A stretch of DNA of 64,000 bases from Lama guanicoe (Eukaryota). The stretch lies in NCBI GenBank assembly GCA_013239625.1, contig MU053431.1, positions 1,762,485 to 1,826,484 of the forward strand, read 5' to 3'. The notes under the pieces are model-generated. The model searched no databases and had not been told where the DNA came from. It was given only the letters and a program-made list of their open reading frames with translations. Positions 24,946-37,510 of this stretch are shown in pieces. Each line of letters starts with the position of its first letter. The first letter of the stretch is position 1. Made by a program: the position numbers and the translations under genes.

Positions 24946-27898
24946 AGTCCATGCTGCAAGGGACCAGGGCCGGCTCTCCCCGACAGAAGGCTGCCCCTGG
25001 CGAGCTGCCTGCCTGGGCCGTCTCGCCCCGGGCACAGACACTGAGCTCTCTCCTGAGCACTAGCCGGTTCCCCGGTTCCAGGCAGGAGCCAGCGCGGGGG
25101 CCCCTGGAAATGCTGGAGGAGGAGCAGAAAGGGGCCGGATGCAGACCTCGCAGCCTCCAGCGAGACTGCACGGGACAGCCTCAGGGCCGGCCAAGACGAG
25201 GCCTTCCGTGTCCTCAGTCCAGGAAACGCCCCTGAACCTGCTGCCAGGATGCGGCCCGGGTAGGGGTGGGGCTGGGGGAGGAAGGGGGACGCGGCCAGGC
25301 AGGCTGAGGAGCCCCTTTCCCACATAATCCCACTTGACCCTGTGGTGACCCTGTGAGGCAGGAACAATGAGCCCATCTTTGCGCCGAGGCGCAGAGGGGC
25401 TGGTGTTAGGCGGCAGCTTTCTGTCCCCTCTCCCAGATCCCCTCCGCCCTCTCTGTCCTGCCGGAGACGCCGAGCCCAGCTGTCCACGTTGCTGGCCCTG
25501 CCCCAGCCAGGCGAAGCCCATGGGAGGCGCCGGAGGGGCAGAGGGCGGGGGTGAACTCGGGGCCCGTGCTGCCCCGTCTCGGCCCTGCTGCGCGGCGGCG
25601 CCGTCGCCCTGCACGGCCGTGGGTTCCATCCCTGCAGCTCCCTCTGCCCCTCGGGCTCCCCAGGGTGACCCTCAGAATCCTGCCTCGCCCTGGCCAGCTG
25701 TCCCCTGGCCCACACCTGGTCAGGCTGTCCCTTGGCTGGAAGCTCTCCAGTTGCCTGTGGGAGTGTGCTGGCTGGTTCCTGCTGGCTGGTTCCTGCTGGG
25801 TCCTGCCCAACGCTGTGATGAGCCAAAGTTGAGCTCAGGTGGATGTGCTGACCACACATGAGCCCCCTGTAGGGGGACAGGTGCCTGTGACAGTCAAGGG
25901 GGGTGAGAGGGGGGAGCAGCTGCGGCAGGGATGGTGTGGCGAGGTCTGTGGCTCCCGGGGCCATGTTTTCTACTCCCAGCCAGAAACCTTAAGCACACCC
26001 GTGGGGTCTCTGAGCCTGGGCCAGGGTCCACGAAGGTGGCCCCTAGTGCCCCGGGAAGGCCGAGGGGACTCGTGTGCAGAACAGGCCTGGACTTCCTCCT
26101 GGGACCCGGCAGCTGAGATGGCTCTGATCTGAGTGGCTGGTGTGGATGCGGGACCCTGGTCAAGAGGCTGCACTGGCCGCAGGATGGGCCGGGAAGGGGG
26201 TGACGGGCAGGGAGGCTGGGCTGCAGGCAATTCCCAGGCGCATGGGTGCCCTGGCCCCTGACTGGAGCTCCTTGGCCCAGGCGCAGGAGGGCTCCTGGTG
26301 GCTCTGCCTTAAGACCCCAAATCCCTGCTCCGTCTGCCAGAACCCTGGTGGTTCCGGAAAGAACCAGGAGCTCCCCTCCCTGTCCTGCCCCCAGACAGGG
26401 GCCCAGAGGAGCTGCTGGGCAGCCGCCCAGGGGCTGGGGTCACCGGCAGCCTCGTGGCAGCCCAACGGGGAGCGTCTGGTTGACATTTAAAGCATTTAGA
26501 GCCGACCCCTGCCCTGCCTGGGCCGGCTTCTGCTGAGTTTTAATGGAATCCTTCCCTGACCTTTTTAACTAATTCACAAAACAGATGGGGCACCCCTGGG
26601 TCGACTCCCCGACATTCTTCCAGATGCTGTGAGCTGGGGTCATGGTGCAGGAACCACAGGTAAAACCCAAGCACCTTTGTGCCAGGAATCAGACAGAAGC
26701 GGATCTCCAGGGAGGCCTGGTCTCCAGGAGTGGCCACTCAGGCCACAGTTGCCTGGGAACTTCCACTTCTACTGCCAATAAATTAAACTTATTTTCGTTC
26801 CTGCTGCTCTGGACAAACAGCCACTGTCAGAGAGTGGAGCCCAGGAGGGCGGGCTGTTCAGGAAGGAAACCACAGGGGTGCCGGAATTCGGCAGGCCCCA
26901 GGCGCCCCCTTTCTCCACACTCTGTGGCCCTCCCGTGAGATGCAGCCGGCAGCCCCCACCGCTGCACGGGGGCCTGGGGGGACCCCTGACAGTCCCCTGA
27001 GGTGCTGGCTTTTAAAGCAAAGGGGAACACTGTACGAACATTGAGGAGTTTGTTTACTGATTCGGGGCTCAAGTGGGGCTGTCTCCACAAATAAGGGGGG
27101 ACCACCTACAGTGCAAAGCCGGATGTCTGCTCGTCCCTTAACCACTGAATGAGGTGACAGACGCTGGAACCTAACTACTCCCAACCCCGTATGATGCTCG
27201 TGACCCGCATGCATCCCTGCCAGGGCTCAAGGGCCACGCCATCAGCTCTGGGATTGCTTTGAAGGCCAGATGCTGTGTCCAGTCGGGAGGCTGGGTCCAT
27301 CAGCGGGGCTGGAGGCGTGGGCTCCAGTTCGTCAGGAGTGCCTGGTAGTGAGGAGAGGATTTCGGTGTCACCTGTGTTCATTGGTCCCAAAGGCTCCAGG
27401 TGCTCCTGGAGTCCTGGAGAGACCATTGAGTTCAATGGGGAAACATTATTTCATGAAGCCAGGTCAGGTCACGTTGGTCCCCTCCCAGGAGTCGTGCAGG
27501 CCCCGTCAGCCCATGGTCAGGTGCAGGGCCTCCGTGTACACACACTGCCCCACAGACTTGTCACCGTGGGCAACCGTGCATGTTGTGGACCCTCTCTGCA
27601 GCTGAAACCAGGGCTAGGAGAGAGGGGGACCCTGGGGAGTCCCAGCCAGGCATTTGCTAGGAACAGGTGAGTCCACGTGCTGGAGCGCAGTGAGGCACAA
27701 ACAGCTTGCCTCTGCCCCCGAAAATAAACAAGGCTGTCACTGCCTGGAACCGCGGCTTCCTTCCCTGTGACCGGGCCCGTCCAGCAGGCTGGGTTGGAGC
27801 CAGCTTCTGCGCTAAGCAGGGCTGCCACGCTCAGCAGAAGCGGCTCTGATGAGCATCCCTGAGGCTGGCCACTGAGCAGTGGCCTGGAGCCCCGGCTG

Positions 27899-27949
27899 GC
27901 AGCAGAGCGACTGTGGCAGGCAGCACAGCGACTGTGGCAGGCAGCACAG
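27899..27949. repeat. 21-bp tandem duplication, about 2.4 copies
   Basis: gcagcagagcgactgtggcag / gcagcacagcgactgtggcag / gcagcacag. Confidence 0.9.
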
Positions 27950-28774
27950 ACGGGGCAGCTGGACGTGGGTTTCCTCAAGGACATGTGTCCAGGGTGGCTG
28001 GAGGGAGCACCTCGGGTGGGAAGAAGTGGACCTTGGACCAGTGGTCATCTCTGGCTGAAAGCTTTTATGGAAAATGGCTCCTGGACCTCGGGAATCCAGG
28101 CCAACCGCCCAGGGCAGACCCCAGTCTGCAGGAGCTTCCAGAGGGCCAGCGGGGAGCTGAGGCACTGCCCCAGGGTGGGCAGGCATGGGTGCCCAAAAGC
28201 TGTCCCGAGGTACCGCTCAGTGCACCTGAGTGCTTCCCAGGAGTCTGAGGGGAGAGGCTCCTGGGCAAGGGCCAGCAGAGCGGGCCACGGGACAGAACAG
28301 CTGTGTCCTGGGCGGGACCAACCCAGCTCCCAGCTTCCTGCGTGGCTCACCTCGTGTCACAGCAGACAGTGCCAGGCGCAGCACGGCCTCAGATTGCCCA
28401 AAGCCCACGGTGACGTGGGGCCAAAATAGGGCCAATCCGACTCCTGGCATCCCTGCCAGGGCCCCCTGTGAGGACAAGGAGGAGCGACATTGCCTTACGA
28501 GCAGCTCAGGCTTCCTGAAGCAGCGAAGGCTTCCTGGAGGAGGGGCTGAGAGGCTTTTCAGTCCGGGGGAGGGGCTGGTTTGCTCTTCCCCAGGCTCTCC
28601 AAGCACCTGAGCTTTGATCCCATAGGAGGGAGGCCTGGGCTTCTTGGCTTTGATGCTCTCACTTCCCCGCCATGACCACAGTCCCCTCCTGCTCCGTTGG
28701 GGCCCAGGGTTGCCTCCTCCATGAAGCCCTCCATCCCGCAACCTCATGGCTCCCACGCAGGTATTTCCTCCCAG

Positions 28775-29480
28775 CCTGTCGCTTCTCATTCTCTTGGCAG
28801 TGCCTTTGCAGAGCAGAAGCTCTAATTCTGATCAAGCCAACTCATCTGCTTTTTTTCTTTTATGGATCATGAAAGATCCAAAAACTCGTCACCAAACTCA
28901 GGGGCACCTGGATTTTTCTCGTGTGTTATTATGTAGAAGTTTCCGGCCATTCTGAGTTAATTTTTTTAAGATTTAAGCCCCGGCTGTTCCCGCACCGTTT
29001 GTTGAAAGGCTGTCCTCTCTGCGCTGAGCCGCTGTGCGCCTCCGCCAAAGGCCGGCGGCTGTGCGCGCAAGGGCCTGGTCCTGCGCTCCCGGTCTGCTCC
29101 GCCCGCCTGTCGCCGCCTCCTTCGCCATCACGCGCTGGACTGCGCGCTACGGCGCCGTAGGTCCTGGCGTCAGCTGGCGGTCCTCCAGCTCCCTTCACCC
29201 TCAGGGCTGTGTTGGCCATTCTGGTCTTCGGCCTCCTCTCCGTGTAAATCTTAGAATCAGCTTGTCGGTATCTGCGAAGTAGCTTGTGGCGATTTTGACT
29301 GCGAGCAAGTTGAACCTGTAAGTGAACTTGAAGAGAATGAAGTCATAGCGACATCGAGTCTCCCGGCCCAGGAGCGCGGGCTCCCTCTCCGCTCGCTCGC
29401 CCTTTTATTTTTCCGCTAGAGCTGTGTGGCCTGCCCCCTGTGCACCCTGTGTGTTCTTTGTTAGAGTTACACCTGAAGGA
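28775..29480 (-). mobile_element. Old L1 ORF2 fragment with a GC-shifted core
   Basis: L1 anchors gcaccgtttgttgaaag, ttggccattctggtc and gtaaatcttagaatcagcttgtc. Collinear with the copies at about 20190-20560 and 47890-48300. Confidence 0.8.
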
Positions 29481-31739
29481 CTTCATCTGTGCTGCTGGCT
29501 GCACGTGGGGCCGGGCAGGGCGGCCGGATGCATGCTCCCCCCTGCACTTGCTTTGCCTCGCTTCCTGTCGGGGCCGGGTGCGCGGACGTCTGGAGGACAG
29601 GGGAAGACCCTGTGTCGGGATTTGGAAGTAAAGACCGTGGCCCCCAGCTCTTCACGCCGAAAATTTCCAAACTTCCTTCTTCGACTGGCGTTAGCAGTTA
29701 GACCGTTTAAACAGGAAGTCTGCCTGGGGCCCATCACGGGGCGGGTCACGCAAGGGCCGGCCAGGCCATTCAGCTGCCACAGAACTCCAGACGCCCCTCC
29801 CGGTGTGGACCCCAGGCTCCCTCCGATGGTCCAGCTCACAGACAGGCCACCGAGGCCCTCCGTCAGTGCCCGGGGCCCGTGGGGAGAGCTCCCGGTGCCC
29901 CCGCTCCGTGTCGGGTGATGGGCAGGTGGCGGGTGTGTGTGAGGTGTCCCGGGGGCCCGGGGCCTCGTCCTGCTCCCACGGCCCGGCCGAGGCCAAGGAA
30001 GCCCTCGGTCTGGGTCCGAGCCGCACGCAGCCACCTTTGGCTCAGGAGGAGTAGGGCAATCAGACAGGACGTGGGCGGCCCTGCTCCTCCCTGTCCCCGC
30101 TCTGCCAGAGTTCTCCAGCAGCTTCTCCCCTCCTCCCCGCCCGCCCGCTGGGATCACGGGGGTGGGGGCGGGGTGGCGGCCGGGGTCCCTGGCTGCTGAC
30201 GTCTGGGCTCGTGGGCGTCTGCTGGCCCTGCCAGGTCCCTGAAAGAGACGTGGTGGCCCAGCCGGGCTGTGTCCCGGGAGCCGTGGAAAGGACAGCCTGC
30301 AGGGGAGTCACGTGCTGTGAGTATTCATGCCAGCATGTGACTTGCAAATCCCAAGTCATTTAAATGTCATCAACAGTGTGTGGATGTCTTTTCGGGATAA
30401 GATCTGTCAGAGAAAATGAATCTTGATTACCAGTCACAACAGGGAAACAGCCCCCACGTCCTGGTCCGCATCCCTGTCCTCGCAAGGCGGCCGCCTGGAG
30501 GCACATCGTGTGACCATCCTTCAAAGGCTCAGCCTGGGGGGCGGGGGCTGGAAATTAGTGCTGATCTGCAGAGGGGAAGCTGTGAGTTCCCGCAGGAGCC
30601 GTGGGCTCACACGCTTGCCCACACTCCTCCCCGCGGGCTGTGAGCACCCTGTGGGGGCAGTGGTATCTCTCGGGCAGGGACACTCCAGGCTCCCCGCGTA
30701 GGGCCAGCCAGCGTCCACTCCAGTGCCCCAGGCTGGGAAGAGAAGTCCTAGAGCACGTGGCTGCTGCTGACCGGCCCAGAGCCTCTGCCCGGTGATGCGG
30801 GCGCTGGGGGAGGCTTGGGGAGGGCTCAGCGTGGTGGTCTAGCCTTTGAGACAGAGGGGCACGCCACCCTCCAATGGCTGCTCTTGATCTGGGGATCTCA
30901 GCTGATGAGGGAGAAGGTTCTGGGCTGGGTGAGCAGGCCTCACACGCTGGGCTAGTACCGAAGACGTAATTGCTGTGTGGGCCGAGTGACGCGTGGTGAC
31001 AGCCCAGACGTGCTTGCCCATGTCCCTAAGGACAGTGTTGAGAGCCAGCTCTGACCCCCACAGCCACCTTCTGGGCTGGGGACCCTCTACCGTCCCCGTT
31101 TGTGGGTGAGAAGACAGGTTCGGGTGGGGAGGCCACCAGCTCAGCACGCCCCTCCTGGCAGCCATGGGACCCTGTCCACCTCTTGTCCTGGCTGCCCCCA
31201 CCCATCCCGGCATCTCGTCCTCGGGGCTTAGCTGCTTGGGGTGACTGGTTCACTTCTGAGTCCTGGCAGGTGACAGAGCAAGAGAGGAGGGGGCCTTCCC
31301 TGGAGCCTTCCCTGCGGGGCAGCGGATCTGTTCACTCACATCTCGGTGCACCAGCATGCTTCGCGGGGATGCCGAGAAGGGGAAGGTCTGCTTCCGGAAG
31401 CTGTGACCCCAAGCGCAGGCTGCCCGGGGGCCCTGGCACTCCTGCGGCGTTCTCGGAGGGGCCTCCTGCATTAATCAGCCCAGCTGTTCTCGCAGCTTGT
31501 TTTATTAGGAAAGACCCCTCCTTGACCTCGTGCAGATTCTCATGCACCCTGTCTGGGCGACGACCTGGGGGCCCGGGGGCTGCTGACCCCTGCTGACCAG
31601 AGTGGCTACCAGGGAGCCAGCCCGATGCCTCCACACGGGCTGTGGGATGGACGCCACCTGGAAACCATTCTGCAGGGCTTCTCCTTAGAACTCCGGCTGC
31701 CCTGTGCGTGCGGGGGCCGGGCCGAATCCACGGGATCTT

Positions 31740-31945
31740 GAACCACGCACCTGTGATTCAAGAGTGCTCGTAGGAAGGGACGCAGGCCCAGTCTCTCCTG
31801 AATGCTTTTTATACTGGCTGCATGTTGGAGCGACAATATTTTGCACAGATTGAGCTCAACAAAATACATTAATGATGTTATGTTCACCTGTTTCTGCTGT
31901 TCTCCGGTGGCTAGAAGAGTTTCTCTCACCACTGGCGCAAACTGC
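31740..31945. mobile_element. hAT-Charlie DNA transposon remnant (MER33-like)
   Basis: catgttggagcgacaatattttg...aaaatacatt...ttcacctgtttct...gtggcta is collinear with remembered MER33. Confidence 0.65.
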
Positions 31946-32079
31946 ACCGCCTCCGGGGAGGCTGGGCCTGTCTGTGCGCGCAGTTCTTTTGTGCATTGGG
32001 GCCGTTCTCCAGTGCCCCCCGAGTTTTCCCCCAGGTTGGGGGCCCCTATACTGGGACAGCGCATCTGTCGGTTTGCCAG

Positions 32080-32360
32080 CTGTTCTGGACGGAAATGTGC
32101 CCCCCATTTATGTGTTGAACACCCCCGAGGCGACGGTATTAAGAGGTGGGGCCTTTGTGGGGGGTTGGGTCAGGAGGGTGGACCCGCTTTGGGATTAGTC
32201 CTCTTGTAGGAAGAGGCCAGAGGGCCCCGCAGCCTCTTTCAGCTGCGTGAGGACAGAGGCGGCCTCAGCAGAGCCCATCCACGCCTGGCCCGCCGACCCT
32301 CAGCGTCCAGAGCTGTGAGAAACAGGTGCTACCGTTTACCCGCCGCTCAGTCCACTCAGC
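32080..32360 (+). mobile_element. MaLR LTR (MLT1A/MST-like)
   Basis: tatgtgttgaa...ggtattaagaggtggggccttt...gggattagt...tccagagctgtgagaaa. Confidence 0.8.
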
Positions 32361-32369
32361 TGGATGTCC

Positions 32370-32500
32370 CTTCACTCGCTCATTCACACAGTCAGCATGT
32401 GAGTGAGTGGGGGGCACCAGGCTCTGCTCCCAGGCAGCCCACGGGGTGAGGGGTGGTGGTTGGGGACAGCAACCAAGAGACAAACACACCATCACGTGTG
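32370..32500 (-). mobile_element. L2 3' end remnant
   Basis: ttcactcgctcattcac...caccaggctctgct. Confidence 0.45.
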
Positions 32501-33089
32501 CCAGCGGAAGGGAACCCAGGACCGGGAGCTCTCCCTCCGGCCCCTCCGGCTGCGCTGGGCCCCCGGGGGTGGGGGGCAGAGGGCAGCACGGCTCTAGGGG
32601 GGAGGGGGAGGGGAGGAGGGCGGCCTGCTCCCATGAGGTGCACCTGGCGCCCAGACTGGCCCCATTCACAGTTATGCAAATCACCGTCACTGCCATTACT
32701 GGGGTGGGGCCGTCGGAAGCCGGGTGGCGGGAGGGGACCGGCGCCTCCTTGGCTCCGCGCAGGCTGCTCGTGGTTCAGCGGGATCCCACTTCTGCAGCGA
32801 AAGCCCGGCGTCGGCGGCTCCACACACTCCCGGTCTAACAAATGAACACATTACGTCTTTGTGACAAACACAGTGTCAGGAAGGAGATTAAGTTCCTTTC
32901 GTGGGTGGAAAAATGATGCAGAGGAAGTGGCCCAGGACCAGATGCCCGCTGCAGGGAACGGCCCCCTCCCTCCTTTATGCCGGATGGTGGCCACCGGTCC
33001 AGGTGCCTCCCCAGGTGGGCGGCCACTCTGCCCATGGCTCCCTGGGGGCGGATAACCCCCAGGAGCTGTCTCCGTTCCCCAACTCCTGC

Positions 33090-33337
33090 CCTGGATGCTC
33101 TGGACAACCAAGCTGGGGGCATCTCACAGCCCTGGGCGGGAAGTCCAAGATCCAGGCACCAGCAATGACCGTGTCCTCACGTGCCTTGGGGGGTGGGGCA
33201 GGCTCTCCCTGGGGCCTCTGATCCCATCCTGAGACCCCACCCTCAAGACCTGATCACCTCCCAGAGGCCCCACCTCCTAACACCTCGTCTTGCCGTTAGG
33301 ATTCGACACGTGACTTTGGGGACACACATTCCGTGCA
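33090..33337 (-). mobile_element. MaLR LTR (MLT1A-like)
   Basis: gggaagtccaagatccaggcaccagca...tcacctcccagaggccccacctcctaacac...tttggggacacacattc. Confidence 0.8.
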
Positions 33338-33920
33338 GGAGAGTCGCCCCCTCTGTGTAATGTGAGGCAAGTCCCCCTCCTCAGGGGGAGTGAGGGTAAA
33401 AGAAGTGACATGAGGTAAATGCATGGTGACAGGGAGCTTCGCCCGGAGCCGGCGAGCCTGTGAGGCTGGGGGGGCGGGGGGCTGGGAGCCCAGTTGATCT
33501 CTGTTTCTGGTTCGGAGCTTTTTTCAGAGGGGTCTGGTCTGAACGCCAAATTTGCGCTGTGTTCAACCACGCTTCCTTCAGAGTCTAACTTTCCAGGCTG
33601 TAACTGTCGTCTGAGCCTGCTAACGTTCATCCCAGCACAGAGACCAGTGCGTAGTGGCCACGAAGCCTGGGTGTCAGCTGAGGGGCAGTTGTGCAGAAAC
33701 ACGACCCTCGGTGGCAGCAGACCCATCAGGAGGCATGGGGTCTGCTCTGAATCTGGGGTGTGGCAGCGGGACAGCCCAGATCCCAGCAGCCTCCTCACTG
33801 GCCACTTTGTGGGAGGCTGAGGCCCCCAGGCCTCTCTCCACCGTGAGGCCCTTCCCTCGTTCAAGTGACCGCCCGGGTTCTCTGTGAGCCAAGAGCAAAC
33901 GGACGGGACCCGGCGCCAAG

Positions 33921-34011
33921 CGCGTACACACGTGGCCAGGCGCGCTCACACACAAACACACATAGACCCTCGGGCACACGCACACAGAGACACACAAACA
34001 CACGCGCACAG
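33921..34011. repeat. Degenerate (CA)n-rich simple repeat
   Basis: acacacaaacacacata...cacacgcacacagagacacacaaacacacgcgcac. Confidence 0.7.
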
Positions 34012-34143
34012 TAAGCCAGCCGCAGCACGGCCGACGTCTGGGGGCTCGAGGGAGGGCCCCCAGACACGTCAAACCGCAGGCCCCGTGAAGGACGCCAGGC
34101 CCCGCCTGCACCTGGGCTCGGCTGCCCAGGGCCCACTTGCGTT

Positions 34144-34151
34144 TGACGTCA
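34144..34151. promoter_or_regulatory. Full palindromic CRE (TGACGTCA)
   Basis: Exact 8-bp palindrome with intact CpG, followed by CACCC, in non-repeat intron sequence. Confidence 0.3.
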
Positions 34152-34671
34152 CACCCACCTGAGTCTGAGCCAGCGGCGCAGAGCCAGCTCTTCTCTTTCC
34201 AGGTGTAACCGCACGCTGCTGGTTTTTCAAGGAGTTAGACTCACAGGTCAGACTCTCTGATGGGACTCTCTTTACAGGAAATAAAAAATAACACCGCCCG
34301 CCCCCTCCCCGTGCTCCTTACCCTGCTCTGCCGTCTGGAGGGAGGGGTGGGCCACCAAAGTGGTGCCCAGCTGCCTTTATGACACCAGTCCCCACCCCCC
34401 ACAGCCAGCCACAGCAAACTGCCCCTAGAACCAGAGTCTATAAAGAGGTGAAGAAAAACAGTCCCCAAGTTCCAGGGGCAGGATAGCCCAGCCAGCCACA
34501 CAGACCACCCCTCCCCGCCACCCCCACTGCGCCCTCCTGCCCCCTCAGGGCTTCTTGTCAGTGCTTGCAGTGGGGGGGGGTGTATTTTATTTAAGCAAGA
34601 GGTGTTCCCCTCCAAAAAGAAAATGTAATAGGGGGGCAGTTAAATTAAAAAATACAGTGCTCCATAAGACA

Positions 34672-35100
34672 GTGTATCAGCTAGACTCTGCCACATAACA
34701 GAACAGCCCCAAACTAACTGGCTTAAAACAACAGCTATTTATTTGCTCGTGATCCATTGGATTGCAACTTGGGCTGGCTCAGCCAGTCTCAGCTGGAGTC
34801 ACTCATGTGGCTTTGGTCATCCTGTGGCTTCACCGGTCCTGGATGGGTCTGAGATGGCCTCATTCACCTGTGTGGAGGGTGGGGCTGGGCCTCTCTCTCC
34901 AGGCTAATCAAGGTTTCCTCACGTTGGGGCAGCCACATCCGAGAGTGAGGGCAGCAGGGCTGGGGCCTGGCCTGGGAGGCACACATCGACTCTTCCACTG
35001 CGTTTCACCGGTCAGAGCCAGCCCAGGCGGTGGGGGGGGGGCAGGCCCCACCGCTTTTTGAGAGGAGCAGCCAAGTCTTGTTCAGGAGAGTTCTGGAAGG
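34672..35100 (-). mobile_element. MaLR LTR (MLT1F/G/H-like)
   Basis: tgtatcagcta...ccccaaact...tggcttaaaacaacagctatttatttgctc...gatggcctcattcac. Confidence 0.78.
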
Positions 35101-35588
35101 AGTTGCACCGCAATCTGGGATGTCTGGGGTTAGCACCTCGGCCCTCAGATTACACCGCACGGCTCCGGGGCTCTCCATGCTGATTAGACAGGCTCAGCCC
35201 CTGGGAGGTCCTGGTGACTGCGGGTCATCACGGTTCTGTCCGAGGGCAAGCATGCCACTTAGTGGCATGTGGTGGCCGGTGGTAGCTGAGCCAGGGACAG
35301 AGCAGGCACAAGGGGCCAGAGCCTAGCGCGGCCTCAGGGGAAAGCGGCCACATCGATCAGATGTCTCCCGGCCCAAGGGGTGACCTGGAAGCTGCTTTTC
35401 CCATCACAGGAAAGCTCCATCCCCGCTCAGTCCGCGGCAGCGCTGTGGGCCTCACCCTGGAGCCTCTGCGTTGCTGAGAACTTGTCTCCTTGTTGCTGAG
35501 TTTGCGGGGAGGACGGCAGACGGGCCAGAAGAACCAGAGACCTCCCGGCACCGACCGAGACACCACCAACCACACTGGAGCCTCCGAG

Positions 35589-36338
35589 CGGTGGACGGCT
35601 GCGTCCAGCGCGGCTCGGGACCGTGTCTGAGGACAGGAGACGCGAGGCTTAAGAAACAAAGAGACAAAGTAAAGAGCAAAGATGGGGCCAGGGGACTCGA
35701 GAGCTCGTGGATCGAGAGTGCCGGAAGCCTGGTCGGCATCATGTTTATTAGGAGTATACGGCTCAGAAAAGCTTGGGGGGGGGGCTTTAGATGTTCCCTG
35801 CGGCAAGCACTGAGCTCTGCTTGCGAAGGGGTTGGTTAAATCCAAGCTGATCCCCTCCAGGAACTGTCGCCCTCCCCGGGTATGTAAGATTTATGAGCGC
35901 ATCGTGTTACTGCCTCCGGGACACCACGCGATAGCAAACATCTCCTCTGGGTCAAACCGCGTGCTTTCACGCCAGAACAAAGTTCTGTCAATGGATGACC
36001 CGGCTTTCCAGGACCGTGCATCGTGTGCCCTCCCTCGTGCCCTGATGGTCAGTCTCAGGGCAGCTCTCCACAGATTGTCTTTAGCGTGGTCCGTGCTGTA
36101 GGTCATTTCCTGCGTAAAGCATTAAAACAGAGCAAGCATGTGCGTTTGAAGCAAGCAAGTGTGAACATAATATTTTAAGCGCACGGAAGTTTAGGTGCGG
36201 CTTGTTTCCCAGCAGCGGACCCGCCCGCTGGCTCGGTGCCGGCTCGGCCACGCAGGGACCGGGCCCACACAGGGCGGCCGAGGCCCGTGTGCCTGCAAGC
36301 GCCCACTGCAAAACCGTCAGAAGACTCTTCTCGCCGCA
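35589..36338 (-). mobile_element. Probable ERV2 (betaretrovirus-like) solo LTR
   Basis: Minus strand begins TGCGGCGAGAAG. AATAAA on the minus strand at 35744-35749, followed by a pyrimidine-rich U5-like tract (plus strand aaacaaagagacaaagtaaagagcaaag) and a terminal hairpin TGGACG-gctg-CGTCCA. No clean target-site duplication. Confidence 0.5.
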
Positions 36339-37189
36339 GAGAGAGGGTATTGACAGGAGGAGGGGACAGAGTTAGGCTGAATGAGCCTCGGTCAGTGAAG
36401 TCACATCATCACACACCTGGGACTGTCCAGACGCAGTGATTAGCGCCCAGGCTGACGGTGGGAGACACATGTTAGCACCACAGGAAGAAAGGACTGGCCT
36501 CCAGCATGGCCAGAGCTGACAGGTGACCCCAGTTTGCGGGGACTCACGCACCCACCTCAAGGGGGAATGGGGGCCCCGAGTTCCCGCCCACCCCCGCAGC
36601 AACTCCCCACAGGTCTGCATTTGGCTGGGAGGGCAGCCCGGAGATGCCCCCACCTGAGTTCACCCTGTGATTCTGCTGCAGGGGAAAAGCCCCATTTCAG
36701 GGATGCCCCATACGTGCTCCACAGGGAGTCACTGTGGGTGGGGAGGGGCTGGCAACTCACGGTGGCTCCGGCGGAAATCAGGGTGCTGGTGACCCCAGGC
36801 AGATGGACTTGTCCAATGACTCAGGAAAGCCTCTCTGCGCAGGACATTTCCAGCGAAAAGAGCCTCAGTTGTTGGAGGAAAGACACAAGGAGGACCCTCT
36901 GACCCAGGGGGTCATTAGCAGCAAAGACAGCCATGTGGGGCTCCCAGGGACAGGAGCCGCGCCGCGGCCAAGAGCCGCCCGCACAGCCGAGGGTCCGGGG
37001 CACCTCCTCTAGGTGTCACCCTCGCCGCCTTCTGCCTGCCCTCGCCCCCACATCCTCCTATTCCCAGGCCCCCCCAGGCCCTCCCAACCCTCCACATGTC
37101 CATCCCCGCAGGCACCATCCTAGTACAGACTGCTTCACGTCTCCCCTGGGCCTGGGCCTCCCTGGTCCCCCTGCCCCCAGGGCCTGCCC

Positions 37190-37510
37190 ACTGCACCAGC
37201 AGAGCTCTCCCTAAATGCAAATGTGCAACCCTTCCTGTTTCACCCCTGCCCCGCTTCCAAGACCAGGAGGAAACTGCCTGCCCTGTGATCTGAACCTGCC
37301 CGGGCTCCCCTCCCTTCTCAGGCCCGTGGGTGCCCCTCAGCCCTCAGGTCTCCACATAGAGGCCCCTCCTCCAGGAAACGGCCCCTTTCCCCCACAGGCT
37401 GCACCTCGCGCTCACCTCGGTGCCGCGTTGGCGCACCTGTCCTGTACACTCAGCTCAGTGCCTGTGCAGGGAGCCCTGCACACAGCAGGTGCTCGGTAAA
37501 TGCTTATGAA
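37190..37510 (+). mobile_element. L2 3' end remnant
   Basis: Ends ctgcacacagcaggtgctcggtaaatgcttatgaa, the L2 terminus. Confidence 0.65.

Noticed and set aside
24888-25964. 358-aa minus-strand ORF
   Set aside because: It overlaps repeat remnants and has low complexity, consistent with a chance ORF.
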